A stretch of 64,000 bases of DNA. Origin: Amoebophrya sp. A120. Lineage: Eukaryota > Protista > Dinoflagellata. Below, piece by piece: positions 32,601 to 45,054 of this stretch (position 1 is its first letter; each line of letters starts with the position of its first letter). The stretch is taken from NCBI GenBank assembly GCA_905178155.1, contig CAJINV010000015.1, positions 758,955 through 822,954 on the forward strand. Direction: 5' to 3'. The notes beneath the pieces were generated by a model. That model was not told where the DNA came from and ran no database searches. It saw only the letters and a program-made list of their open reading frames with translations. The position numbers and the translations under genes are program-made.

Positions 32601-35600
32601 GAGCTGCAGAGCGGTTGCAGGAGCTGTCAGCGTAGTAGTTCCAGAAGATTTCATCTTCGATGTCGCAAGAAGGTCGATGTCAACGTCTTTTTCTACTTCC
32701 TTGCTGTTCTTGTGCTCGAGGACATGATCTGCGCTATTTTTACTACGCGCCCCGCCCTCCAAAAGTAGTTCCTTTTTTCTTTTCTTCTCTTCCTCCTTCC
32801 TCTTCGCTTCTTCGGCCTTTTGTCGTCGCAGCTCTTCCTTTTTCTTTTGCTTGATCTGGTCCAAATACGCGTTTAGCCGCCTTCGGTTCACGGACCGAAA
32901 CCCGCAGTGACTGTTGGAGCGGAGCTTCGCCTGTTTCCAGCCCAGGTAGCAAGTGAAAGAAGAAGGCTTATTCGGCGAGGAGGAAGTTGATGATGAAATT
33001 GAACCAAAACCGGACGAAGCCGACGTGCCGGCCTGTGTAGTAGAAGATGACGTCGCACAAGAACTTCTTCCGTCACTGCAAAAGTTGACAATCCCTTGCC
33101 GCCAGCTGAGGTCAACAGCAACCTCGTTCTTCTCCATCAAAACAGGTTCCAGCCTGGACTTCTCTCCCCCTTTGTTCCGTTCCCGGTTCCAGGTTTCCAG
33201 GTAAGAGATTTTCTCAAAACTGGAGAAGGAGTGGCTCCGCGGCAAGTAGCGCTTCTCCCGGTGCTCAAAAGCGTTATACTCGCTGTAAAAAGGATCGTCT
33301 TCGATAGCGGCTCTTTCCGCTGCTTTGTCCTGTTTCTTCTTGGCGGCATTTTTCTTGTCACCATCTGCATCTTCATTTTCATCGGCCTCGTTTTTCTTCT
33401 TGTCAGAGGCAACTGCAGCCACCGTTCCTGACGAAGCTGCGCCGGGTTCTTCATCTTCTTCATCTTCTCCACCTGAATTTGCTCTTCCTCGCCGATGATC
33501 TTGATGCCGATCGCTTTTTCCTTTCTTCCCCCGGCCTTTCCTGCCCTTCCCTTTACCCTTGTTCCACGAGTTTTTCCCTTGTCCTTTTTTTCCACCTTTT
33601 AACTTGTTCTGGAGTGCGCGCGGCAGGTGGGCTAGGTCGAAGATGTCCTGGGGTTCGTGCTCCTGGTCATCTTCGTCCTTCTCAGAACCGCTGGATTTTG
33701 TCGGCTGTGAGGAAGGGTCTGTGTCTGAAGAATCTCCCACCTCTCCTCGCTGCCGCTTGTTGTCCTTCTTTCTGGTAGAAGTGCTTCGGCGCGTCTTCGT
33801 TTTCCCTCCTGTAGCGTCACTTTCTTCCGACACAGAAGGTGATACTGAAGCAGTAGAAGTTTTTGATGTTCGTGATGCACAGTCTTCACTGTGGTCAACA
33901 TCCTCGCCTGCTGCCTTCTCTTTATCCACGCCAGACGAGTGGTCGCGCAAGCCCATTTTCTTCAGCGCCTTCTCGAAATCGGTCTCGTCCTGGCCGCTCG
34001 GTGAATCCAAATCATGATCTTGGTCGTCGTTGAGTTCCGCCCAGGCTTTTTCCAACTCGATAAGGTCTCCCTGAATTCGCTTGAACTCTTTCCGCAGTTC
34101 TTTTTCCTCCTCACCACCGAACCTTTGCGCATAGTCCTCCTCATCCGATTCCGTGGACGGGGATTTCGATCGGGCAGTAGAAGAAGTAGAGGAGCCTGAA
34201 CTAGTAGAGGACGACCTTGAAGAGGACGAGGAGGTTCTTGGGGTGGACAACTTCGAGTTATTAGGGGACCTCCGTGAGCAGGAGGGCGATCTTCTGTCAG
34301 AATCTTTGTCTGAGCGTGAACAAGCGCCTTCTCTTCTGCGTCCTCTACTCCTGTCCAAAGTAGACCGTCCCCGACGAGAAACAGCAGATTTTTTCGACGC
34401 TCCTGCGCCGTCTTCTTCCGAACAAGTAGATTCTCCACTACTTCTAAACCCGCCCTCTCTTATCAACTGCCGCGCTTTCTTCATCGTTTCTCTTTTCCGG
34501 GTCTTTTTGGCTTTCCTTTCCAGCATCCTTTCCGTCTTGCGGATTTCTCGCTGCCGGAGACGCTCAATTGCTCTGGCCGATAGAATTCCGGCTAAAGCGG
34601 TCTTTTCCCAAATTGTATCCACAGGAAATTTCCCGTACACATACAGCTACAGATCCAGATGCGGTCTCTGCATGACAAAACTTGGCTTCGATCCTAGTTT
34701 AGCATGACAAGTTTTACGCTCCAAATTGGTAGAATTTGTGATGCATGTTGTACATGAACGGGAAATTTGTATTGCATAAACTGATTTTTTCTCTTCGAAT
34801 TCTGCTTGTTTTTCCTTCACAGCTTTTTCCAATGCTCTCCTCTTCTCGTTTTCCAATTCGATCCACCTCGACATTTCCTCGTTCTCGACCATCCAATCGT
34901 CGATTTTCGCGAGCGCACGCTCCAATTTCTGTTCCACCCGGCTCCGCATCCCGGATTCGATCAGTGGGCCGCAAATCAAGACATTTGATCTTTTCAAAAC
35001 GATAAACTTATCCAAGAAGAAAAACCGCTCAGATTCCGACCGGATTTCGCTGGAGTCTAGCGCGACCGTGACGTATTCTTCTTCGTAATAATCGTGCGCG
35101 GGATCCTCGGAAAAGTAAATTGCCGTCCGCCCGAGCCGGCCCTTCAATTCCGGGAACTCTTCGCACTGGAGAATGTAGCACAGCTCCTCCGTCATCTTCA
35201 GAGTTGACATCCTGCCCTCCCTTAACTGTAGCAGAAACTGCTCCGCTTCCACGTGTCGCATTTTATTGAACTGAAACCTCCGGCAGAACAGCTCCTTCAA
35301 TTCCACCCTGACTGTATAGGGCTCCAAAAACGGCGACTTCGTGTGGCATCTCGCTTTCCGCCCCTCGCTACCCTCCCACATCACTTGCGCCATGCAGTCT
35401 GCGCGGAAGTGGCCGACTGGATACGCGTTCGCCACGTCGAATTCCCGCCAGTATTCGTAGCAGAAACAAGGCTCGAAGGCGGATATGAAGTGGAACCAGG
35501 TCGCGTCACGGAGAAAAGGATTTCCACCGAAGAGTAACGGCCCCTTGTGATCCGGCTGCAGCCAGATCCGGTGATCAAACTCTCTTTCTCTTTGCAGGTG

Positions 35601-38600
35601 TCGCCAATTTTGCATCATTTTGGTTCCCATCGACTGTTTCAATTCTGGCGGGAGACCGTCTAACGCTTCCGAGCCCGGGAAGTGGTAATCCTTCTCCAAG
35701 TGGAGTTTGTATTCGTGAAAATTCTCTTCGTTCAGCTCTGTGTTCAATTTTTCGCTCGTTCCAGGTGGGACGGGGAAAGAGTAGCCATTCTGGTCGTTAA
35801 AGTGATCAGTTGCGGTGATGGATTTTTGCCTCTGAAGGTCTGCCTGGAGCATGCGCTGCCAAGATGATTTTTGGGACAACTTTCGTGTTGGCGCTGACGT
35901 AGTTGTTGGTACAGGCCTGCAGAGAAGTAGGTCCTCTTGGTCTTGCTGATCATTTTCGATGTCACTTAATGCTTTTTTGCCACCTGGTGCTGCTGTTTCG
36001 GCAAACCTCACCCTCTTTGACCGCTTCACCTGGTCTACTTGGAGCTCGGCCGGCTGTCCCGCGGTTGAAGCATCAACCCGCCTTTCTCCCCTGCCATGCT
36101 GGTCTCTTCGCTCTCTCTTGCGGCGGCGGCCTGCTCTCTTGCGGCGCCCGATGGAGGAGCTATCGAGGTTATTTTCAATATCCGCCAGCTCCAAATCATC
36201 CCTTGTGTTTTCTTCATATTGCGGCTCCGCCCCAAGTTGCTCGCGCTTCTCCCGGTCCGTCAGAATGCGCCTGGTGTGGTCGATAATCCCGAACCTCTCC
36301 CTAAATTCCTCCGAGAAGACAAATTGATTTCGGTTTGCGCCAAAGTTGTGCAGGAAATCTTTCTGCGTCTGCTTTTCGTCGTCCTCGTCGTCGTCGTCCC
36401 CAATCATAGCACAACAAGTCCACGACCTCCCGGCTGCTTCCTCCGCTTCGAATAGCTGCTCGTACTTCGAAAGCTCACTCATTTTGTCGAGAACCAGGGA
36501 TTTGAAGCAGTTTGAAGCGGTTGACCCCAATTGGGTGAATTTTTCCGCGTTTCGTCTTAAGAAGGCCCACCAGGAGGAAACGGGGACCAGATCTTGTTCA
36601 CCCGAAGCGGCTTGCGAAACTCTGCCCGGCTCCGTGGTCTGCGTCGTCGAAGGTGGAACAGCGGTCGTCGCTGAGGTTGATGTTGATCGGCCGCCGTGGT
36701 CTGCACGGCCACAATTCTTTATCTGCATCGCCTCTATCTCCTCCAACAACCGGTCCGCAATGTCCGTCCGTTTCTTCCGCTCCGTCTTCCGATACAACTG
36801 CTTCACTTTCTCACAGTTCGGAAACTGGTCGAGGAAATCCGTCTCGGTAGGGTCAAGCAAGAGGTACTCTTTCGCTCGCAACTTGGAAATAACAAGCTCG
36901 ACTTTCGGAAGCAAATTCCTAACCGCGTTGGCGCCGAGGGAGGGGAAGTTTGTGGTGACGAAACGCTCGAAGTGGTGGAATTTTTGGTAATCTTCTACGC
37001 TGGAGGACGACACGGACACTTCCGCGTGTTCCTTAGCAGCTCGCTCCCCTTTACTCCGGTCGTGAAAATGGGGGATGACTTCCAGCCGATTGGTCTCTGG
37101 GTTGAAAACCCAAGACGTCTTCATCCGCTCCTTATTTCCCTGTGACACCCCGCCAAAATTCCGCATGAACAACCGCATATCTTCCGCACTCAGGGCCTGC
37201 ACCGAAATTTTTGAGATGCCGGGAATCATGATGCTTGCCGGGGCATGATCATCGTGGGGAGCGGTTATTTTTCTAGCAAAACTGTCCTCAACGCCGCCAG
37301 ATGAAGAAGAAGACTGATGCTCTTCTTGCGACGTCGTCACCCATTGAAAATCCAAACTCTCGGCCAGATTGCTGTCTTCTTGGCTAGTGCCAGTGCGAGT
37401 GCCAGCAACTGGATTAAAAACACAACTCTCTTCCCTTTTCCGGCTCTTCCACGACATATTGAATTCCATCGTCCCAATTTTGCACTTTGTGCTCACGATC
37501 TCCGAATTCTGCCATGCCCGTGCCTCCTCCATCGGCTTAATCAGCTCCCCCCGGCTATGGAAGCGTCAGGTTTGAAATCGACAAAGTTGAAATGATTTGT
37601 CATGCATAAAATGGATACCAGTCGGAAGCCCAATTTCCAAGCGGCGCATGACAAATTTTCGGAGCACCGGAATCCAATTTGTCATGCTGTTTGGGCACAG
37701 AAGACTGCTTTTGTCATGCTTCTTTAGCAGCTCTATCCCAAACCCTAAATAGGCGCACAATCTGCCTCACTTGTCATCCCGGCAAGACAGGCACTTCACG
37801 CCTTGCATTTTATGCATGACAAATCATCTCAACTTTGACGATTTCAATCCTGACAGATCCATACCGGCCGTCGGTGAAAACGTACTCGATCAAATCGTTT
37901 TTGTCCTCAAAGTATGCATTGCAAAAATGTCTGGCTGGTCTGAAAAAAGGCAAGGTTTGTCATGCTCGGCCAGCATGAGTCTCATGTCTGTCATGCATCA
38001 ACGCAGTATGACATGCAGAATAGGCAGCACGTAGCAACTGAAAAATTTGTCATGCTTGGCCGGCAATTGAGATGTCCTCATGGTTGTTCAACCCGCATCA
38101 CAAGTTTATTCCAGTAGAAGCCCCGGACATATTTGCAATGCATACGAAGAAGTCCTGTTTCTGTGTCCGATTGAAATCTTTCTTGTCGATGTTCACGGCG
38201 TGGAAGTGCTTTCCGCTGTACACGTACGGTTTATGCAATACAAATTTCCCGCACATGTACAAGATGCATCACAAATTTCGCCAATCTGGAGCGTAAAACT
38301 TGTCAGGCTAAACGAGAATCGAAGCCAAGTTTTGTCATGCAGAGACCGCATTTGTACGTGTACGGGAAATTTATTGTGAATACGGTTTTGGATTATCACA
38401 TTCCATATCAGAGTCGAACTTCGGGTCTTCCGCTAGATCTACCACGAAGTTGTGCTTTTCCAAATTTTTTTCCGCTAGTTCTTCCAAAATTGAATCGTCG
38501 AGTGTTAACCGTTTTTGTTTGACAAGCTTGAGGTTCCATTTTCTCAACTTCTCATTGATGTACTCCTTGTTCCCCCGATCCCGTTTTTTGTACTTTTTGA

Positions 38601-41600
38601 TCAGCTTTTTCTTTTCCTTTTTCAACTTTTTCGCATAATATCGCTTGAAGTCTTCGATCCACAGTTTCTTCATCAACGTCGTGGTCGTGTGGACGATATC
38701 GTGTGCAAAAGTAGCGTACGACTAGTATCAGTATGATGAATCGCAAGGAAAATCAAATTTGTAATGCGGATTTTCCTTGGCAACTAGATTTGTAATGCAG
38801 AAGTGCAATTAGTACGAGTACGATACTTTTGCATTGCATAGACGAGTTCCCAACAGGCTTCGGTGTTTGGGATGAATTTTCGTGTGGATTTCTTCGTCCT
38901 CGGGTCGTAGAAATCCTTGTACCAGTGGAAAGATGTGGAAAGAGGGGCTACGGCGTCTTCATCGTCTGTGGGTGAAGGAGAGGAAAACGGCTGCTTCTGC
39001 TTTTTCGGTTGCTTCTGCTGTTTCGCTTTTTTCTCACGCCTCGACGGTCTAGTCGTGCTGCTGGTGGATGATGTCGGTCTAGCCTTCGGCATAGTGCTGG
39101 GGGCACCCGTACTAGTTGTCGCTGCAGACTCTTCGGGTGGTCGTTTCTGCTCCACTTCAGTGTCTTCTGCATTTTGGCCCGGATCCTCCTTCGACTGATT
39201 TTCATTTCCCGTGCCTGCCAGAAGGAGAACTTCTTCGTCCTCCTGCTCCGTGCCCGAAGCATCATCATCTGCTGCTTCGCTGCTTTGTGTTTGCTCCTGC
39301 ACCACTTGCTCGTCAAAATTGCAATGATAATCCTTTTTCCAACCCGCAGCCAGCATTCGGCGCTCTAGCAGCATCGGATTCAACTCCAAATCATGATCAC
39401 TTGCCCGCTCGTACAACGGCGAAGAAGAAGATGCACGAACCGGACCATGATGATGTACTGTGGCTCCAGCCAGATCTCTTTCCTCATCCTCGCGAAAACG
39501 AATTGCTCCACCGCGGCGACGTGGAGGTCCTTTCCCCACCTCGTGTCGCTTTTCCTTCTGTGCTGCTCGACGTCCTCCACGACTGCTCGCGGTGTCAACG
39601 ACATCCCCAGCAGCAGCAACACGGTTGATGGCGCGAAGACCTCCTGTGTTTCTACTTCTTTTTTTCAGCAAAAACTCCCGTCCCACACCACGAACAGCAC
39701 TACAGGTTTTCCCTGCCATCATTCCGTCTTCCTCAAAGTTCGTCACGAACTTCGACAAATCGAACTTTTTCTGCTCCCAGATCGAGTTCTCATCGGATTC
39801 GTCGACCGCAGTGGAGGAGTCGCCGGAACAGGCGGAGTCGGAGCCACGACCACCTCCAGAGTCGGACGAGAAGGTGGAAGAAGTTCTCCTTCTACTTCTT
39901 ATTGCATCGGACGACAACGTGGACGAGGACTCTGAACTAGTTTTACCACGACCAGCACGAGCTCGAGAGACAGCAGCTTTTGACATAGTTGGACAGTCCC
40001 CGTCCTCTGTGTCACTCGAAGAGGTTAGCGATGATGATGAAGACCAGCTTGATGCACTTGAAGTGGCGGAGCTTGTGCTTTGGCCGGAAGATGATGCATC
40101 GCTACTTGCACCACCACCCGGATGAGGTAGTAGAAGCTCCTTTTGTTGTTCAACACAACTCTTTGATGCGGTGCGTTTTCCTGCCGTGGCGGCCTTGAGT
40201 TTCAGATCAGGGTCTACTGTACTTGCTGCTGTAGTAGTCCGCGCGGTGTTCTTCCTCCCGTTTCTTCGCTCTACTTCTGAAGAAGCCGTAGGAGTGCGAT
40301 CTTCTATTTCTCCCGACGCAGTTTCCGCTCCTAGCGCCGACGCTGGTCGTTTGCGTGTCCTCCTGGACGAGCGTTCTTTTCTCTTGTTACCCTTGCGAGA
40401 GCGCCGGTCGCAAACATCTTCACCGGAGTGCGAGCTGGCGCTTTTTTTTCGTCTCCTCGCCGAAGAAGATGCGGACGACTTCCCAACTGGAGGACAAGGC
40501 TGCTCGCCCTCCCCCGGTCGCGCAGTTCTGCTAGACTCTTTTGAACATGTCCCGGAACGCGAAGAACGCGACGAAACTGTCTCTTTGACTTTGTCCTGTT
40601 TCCGTTTTCTCGCTTCTACAACTTTCTTCGACTTCTCTATCTTTATTTCCGGACGCCGGAACTGCGAAGACGAACTGCTCGATGCACTAGATGTTGAATC
40701 CTCACTGCTAGTCGTGCTCGTCCTCGGATTACGAGGACTCCGATCTTGTTCAGCACTCGAACCATCCTCGTTCGCCTCCAAAAAAGCTTTCATCTTGCTC
40801 CCGGGACTAATGGGCGCGGCTTCTTGATCGCTGATTTTGCACTTGATGTTCCTGCGCGTCACATCTCCGGGCGCGTCCATGAGCTCGGATTCAACATCTT
40901 GATCTTCTTCCTGTTCCTGTGCAAGGTCGTTTTCCGATGAGCAACTTTTGTCTACTCTGTTGCCAGTTTCATCTACTTCACGGCCGGAGTTCTTCTGCTT
41001 TTTCTTTTTCTTCTGAACAGACTGGTCCCTTTCCCGATCTGCTTTTCTGCTCTTCTTCCCCAGCCGACCGCGTTCGCGTTCCCCAGAGCCAGAGCCACAT
41101 CTATGAGTTTTGCTTTGGTTCTTGTCTGATTTCCGCCTTTTCGTTTTGTCCTTTTTCTTCTTTCTCTTTCCCACATCTTCACTGTCGTTTTCGTCAAACA
41201 AAGACTCTTGCCTTTTCCTTTTGTCTACCGCACGGCGCCGGCCCGCATCGCGATCGCGAGTACCGCTCTGATGTCCTCGAGCGACCTTCCTCGCAGAATC
41301 TTTTTTCTCACCGCTGTCTGATGAAGAAGAAGATGTACTATCGGTATCTGATCTATAATCCGCACGATCGAGGGCTCTTCGCCGCCTCATTTTCCGCTTT
41401 TTCCTCTTTTTCTTTCTTTTCCTATTCCTGCTTTTTGTTCTACTTCTTCGTTTACTTTTACTTTTATTCCCACCCCCGAGAGCCTGCTGCTCTTGCTCCT
41501 TATCCTTTCCACCGATCTGTCGCACCAATCTGCCGCGAGCGTCTAATTCCCGGATCGATCCATAGAGCTTTTTCTGGTTGCCCCAAGCGAGTTTCGGATG

Positions 41601-42981
41601 GTAATACTCCTTCATGGACTCGTCCAAAGCCCTCGTGTCTACCTTCGGCTTCTCGTCTTCTTGTTTATCCCTGTTTTGATCCTTTGCACCCTTGTTTCCT
41701 TTTTTCTTTTTTTCCTTCGCTTTTTTCGCTTCTTCCTCAGCTTTGGCAGCCTCCTGGTTCATCTTTTCCAGGTTAGCCCAGGTCATTTCCTCCGTGTAAA
41801 CAATCGCGCCGTCGTCGACCGCCGGGGTTGCAGTTTTCTTTCTGTCTTTGTAGTTTCTGATCCTCTCATATCCTGTGCAAAAGTAATATCGCACTCGTAT
41901 AAATGCCAGGCTAGCATGACAAATCAAAATCTGGTTTCTTAGGTAATTTAGCATGACAAATTTGATTTTTCATGCAGAGCTAATTTGTAATGCAATTTAT
42001 ACTAACTAGTACGATGCTTTTGCACAGCATATCTCATCGTCCTCCCTCCCAAACAACCGCAAACCCGAATTCGTCACCTTCTGCAATGGTCCGTATTTCT
42101 TCGCCCGTCGCTCTACGGAGCTATCGGTGTTCTCGGAGCTGTAGTTTTTGTCGCCAGGATATCCAAAAGAAAAGACCCACCCGCATCCATTTTTGCACGA
42201 TCATGAATAAAACTGGATAATTCAATGTAAATACATGCGTATGCCTGGTTGTGATTCGCATGACAACTTGGATGGGTCGGGTTGTTTTTTTGTGGATAGA
42301 GGAGGCTCAAAATCGGAATTATCACTGCTATTATCTCTCTCCTTCCCGTACTCCCCGTGTGTACCGTCATGGTACCGCTTGTGCAGCCCGAAATACTTGT
42401 CCCAGGCTTTGCGTTATGAACTGCAAAATTATCGTACTAGTATAAATCGCATGACAAATTAGCTCAGCATGACGAATGGAATTTGTCATGCTGTTTTACC
42501 TTGGGATAAAGATTTGCAATGCATGACTGCGATTACTACGAGTACGATACTTTTGCACAGGATATGCGTAAATTCGGGTGCGCGCGAATCAGTCGCTCGA
42601 CTCGAGATTCCGGGCAGACGACTATCAAATGTAAAAATGTCTGGGTCTGGAAGAATACAAACTTGTGATGCGCATTTCAGAACACAGAAAAATCTCTCAT
42701 GCATAGGTAGCAAAAGCTGCCCGCTTTCTGTCACCAAAGTGGGGGGCTTGTCATGCGGATTCGGCATTGCGGAAGCTTCTCGAAACCTGTGACGCTGGAG
42801 CTTCCACGCCAGACCTTCTGTGTCATGCAAAAACAGCATGACTCTTCCAGACCCAGACATTTTTGCAATCCATAACGACCGGGAAAGGACAAGTAGCGGC
42901 ATTGTGGTGGGGCAGCGTCTGTTGCCAGCAGTTCTGGCAACGCTGCCCCGAAAGCATGTGCAGAACCGGGTCGTCGGCCAT
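26605..42981 (-). CDS. Giant (~4,600 aa) low-complexity hypothetical protein with two Cys/His zinc knuckles
   Basis: The ORFs of 186, 676, 85, 1563, 961, 101 and 1056 aa join in frame after removing 9 introners and 3 GT-AG introns. Knuckles are CQNCWQQTLPHHNAATC and CLNCGSHVHEAKDC. The start at MADDP is inferred from an upstream in-frame stop. Confidence 0.68.
29753..29988. mobile_element. Introner family H
   Basis: Family H TIR; DR atctt. Confidence 0.88.
34616..34778. mobile_element. Introner family D
   Basis: Family D TIR; DR aattg/aactg. Confidence 0.88.
37556..37863. mobile_element. Introner family C
   Basis: Family C TIR; DR ccggc. Confidence 0.9.
37913..38144. mobile_element. Introner family B, degenerate
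   Basis: TATGCATTGCAAA.ATGTC TIR; DR caaag/cgaag. Confidence 0.84.
38232..38382. mobile_element. Introner family D, opposite orientation
   Basis: Reverse complement of the other D copies; DR cggtt. Confidence 0.88.
38697..38840. mobile_element. Introner family A
   Basis: Family A TIR; DR gacga. Confidence 0.88.
41869..42031. mobile_element. Introner family A
   Basis: Family A TIR; DR tctca. Confidence 0.88.
42415..42564. mobile_element. Introner family A
   Basis: Family A TIR; DR tgcgt. Confidence 0.88.
42623..42874. mobile_element. Introner family B (close sister of 5370-5620)
   Basis: Family B TIR; DR acgac. Confidence 0.9.
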
Positions 42982-45054
42982 CTTGTTGGAAGGATGATGC
43001 AGCAGCAGCGCGCGTGGGCGTGCACCTCTCGACGAGCAGGATTGGCTCTACTACTGCACCAGGAGACGCTGCACCACGAGCGTGAAGGAGGTTGACTTCA
43101 ATTCATTCTTGTTGTAGTCCTCGAGAAGAGAGATGAACCAGACTACTACTATCCGAACGTAGTACCAAGCGCCGCGCTTATTTGCCGCAGCTGCTCAGAG
43201 TAAGCCCGCGTACCGCTGCCCATCTTGCCCCGTTCCTCTCGTCGTAGTTGTGAAACCACCACGAGACAAGGATCTGCTATCAGCTTGCTCCTTCAGGACG
43301 GTGGGTCGGCATCGTGGTTGCGGTGTCGTACCCGAGGACTCCACGCGATTTGACTGGGTTTGAAAATCGATATCGATACAGTGAGGTCGGCTTTCCAGGG
43401 CTCTCTTGTTTAGTCGCGTGTCGCCGAAAAAAAAATATGAATGGCGATGAAGATCGATATGTTCGTATGAAATTATGTACGCATGTTTTTTTTTTCTCTA
43501 ATGTCAATGTGTATGTCTTGCATGTCTATGTCTAAATCTTTCTAGTATGCCATCATGCGGTACTATTGTTTTCATGATTCATTCTTATTTCTTAATCTTA
43601 TGCGATTCATGGAGGAACATTCATTTTTCCTCTTTGCGGAGCTTGCTGAAGTTGAAGATGATCGACAGACTACTCACATTGAGTCTCTCTACGTTGTACT
43701 ACGCATTTACTACAACAAAAAATGGACAAGACTTTCAGTCTTGTTTCCGGCGCGAGGAGAACGTCTAGTTGTACAACAACGATCCGCGGCATCAAAAGTA
43801 GCAAGCGAGCGAAGCGGACGGGCCAGGTACTTGAAAAAAGTTCAACGGTACAACAGAAAAATGATTCAGATCCTGGTCAAGAAAAAAGATGATCACGTTA
43901 AAAAAGTGGACATGGACGTCGGCGCTGGAAGAGAATGATTTAAATGTTGACTCGTCACTTCTGGCGTAACAATAGCCTTCCTTTTTGATGATAGATCTGT
44001 TCACAGAAAAGACACAACTTCGACTTCGTCTTCTTCCGTTACCACAAAAAGCCTAACTACTGTCTCACTACAATACATGATCATGATCGCGCTTGTTTGC
44101 TCGCCCATCACATCAATGATCGCTACTCGCACTACGCCTGTCGCAACTTCTACCAGCCAGAAGCAAGTCGCACGGTGGCCATAGAACAACGCCGCGAGTG
44201 TGTGGGATCTTCACCTTTGGAAAACTACCCAGAAAGTGAGAAGGAGAAACTTCGCACGCGGCCGTGCAAGAAAATGTCTACTCTTTGCCGCGATGTTGAA
44301 GTCGTGTCAACGACTTCTACAATGAACGCGAGGACAAATAAGTGATCGTCATTAGAGGTAGAACAACTGAGACCTCTACTTTACGGGGAAACGCAGCATC
44401 GTTGTGCTTTTCCCGTTTATTTGTGAAAATTTTCATTTTGCATCTGTGCTGGTGAAATTGAAGATAAGTAGCATCCTGAACATACGTGTTTCTTCACGTC
44501 CCCGCGTTTTTGGGACAGCGTCTCACTTCAAGAATTATCGACAAGAAATCGTATAATGTTGCTTGGGAGCAGAAACTTGGGCAGGGGAAACATACACAGG
44601 TAGAGCTAGAGCAGGTTGGGGGACGAAATCATATCACGTAGCTCTTGGTGAGGGGCATCTCCTTCATCTGGCAGCGGCAATTGCCGCGTTTGTGCGCATA
44701 ATTCCGACGAAAAAAAAACTTGAAAAAATGTGTCGTGTAAAGGGGGGGTGCTATGCTGGGTACTGATGGGCTACAGGAGTGCACTTCTCATCTTCGAGTT
44801 CTTTTCCAACCAGCCAGGAGTGATGAACAGCTCATGGTCCGCGAGGACGTGCATCGCGCACGCGCTTGAGCTGCAACGGTGGATATCGACAGTCTACAGC
44901 CTGCGCTGTCGTCCACCACGTTGAATTTTTGTACTCGTCGTCGTGTTGAACGCTATCACTATATCATGCTGCAGCAAAGTAAGGAGCATTGTCCGTGATG
45001 TCCAACGAGTTAAACAAAACCTCCACATCCGCCGTGGGGCATTCTATCGTACAG

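Noticed and set aside
30035-41942. Many plus-strand and alternate-frame ORFs over the giant gene
   Set aside because: Shadow frames of low-complexity coding sequence.
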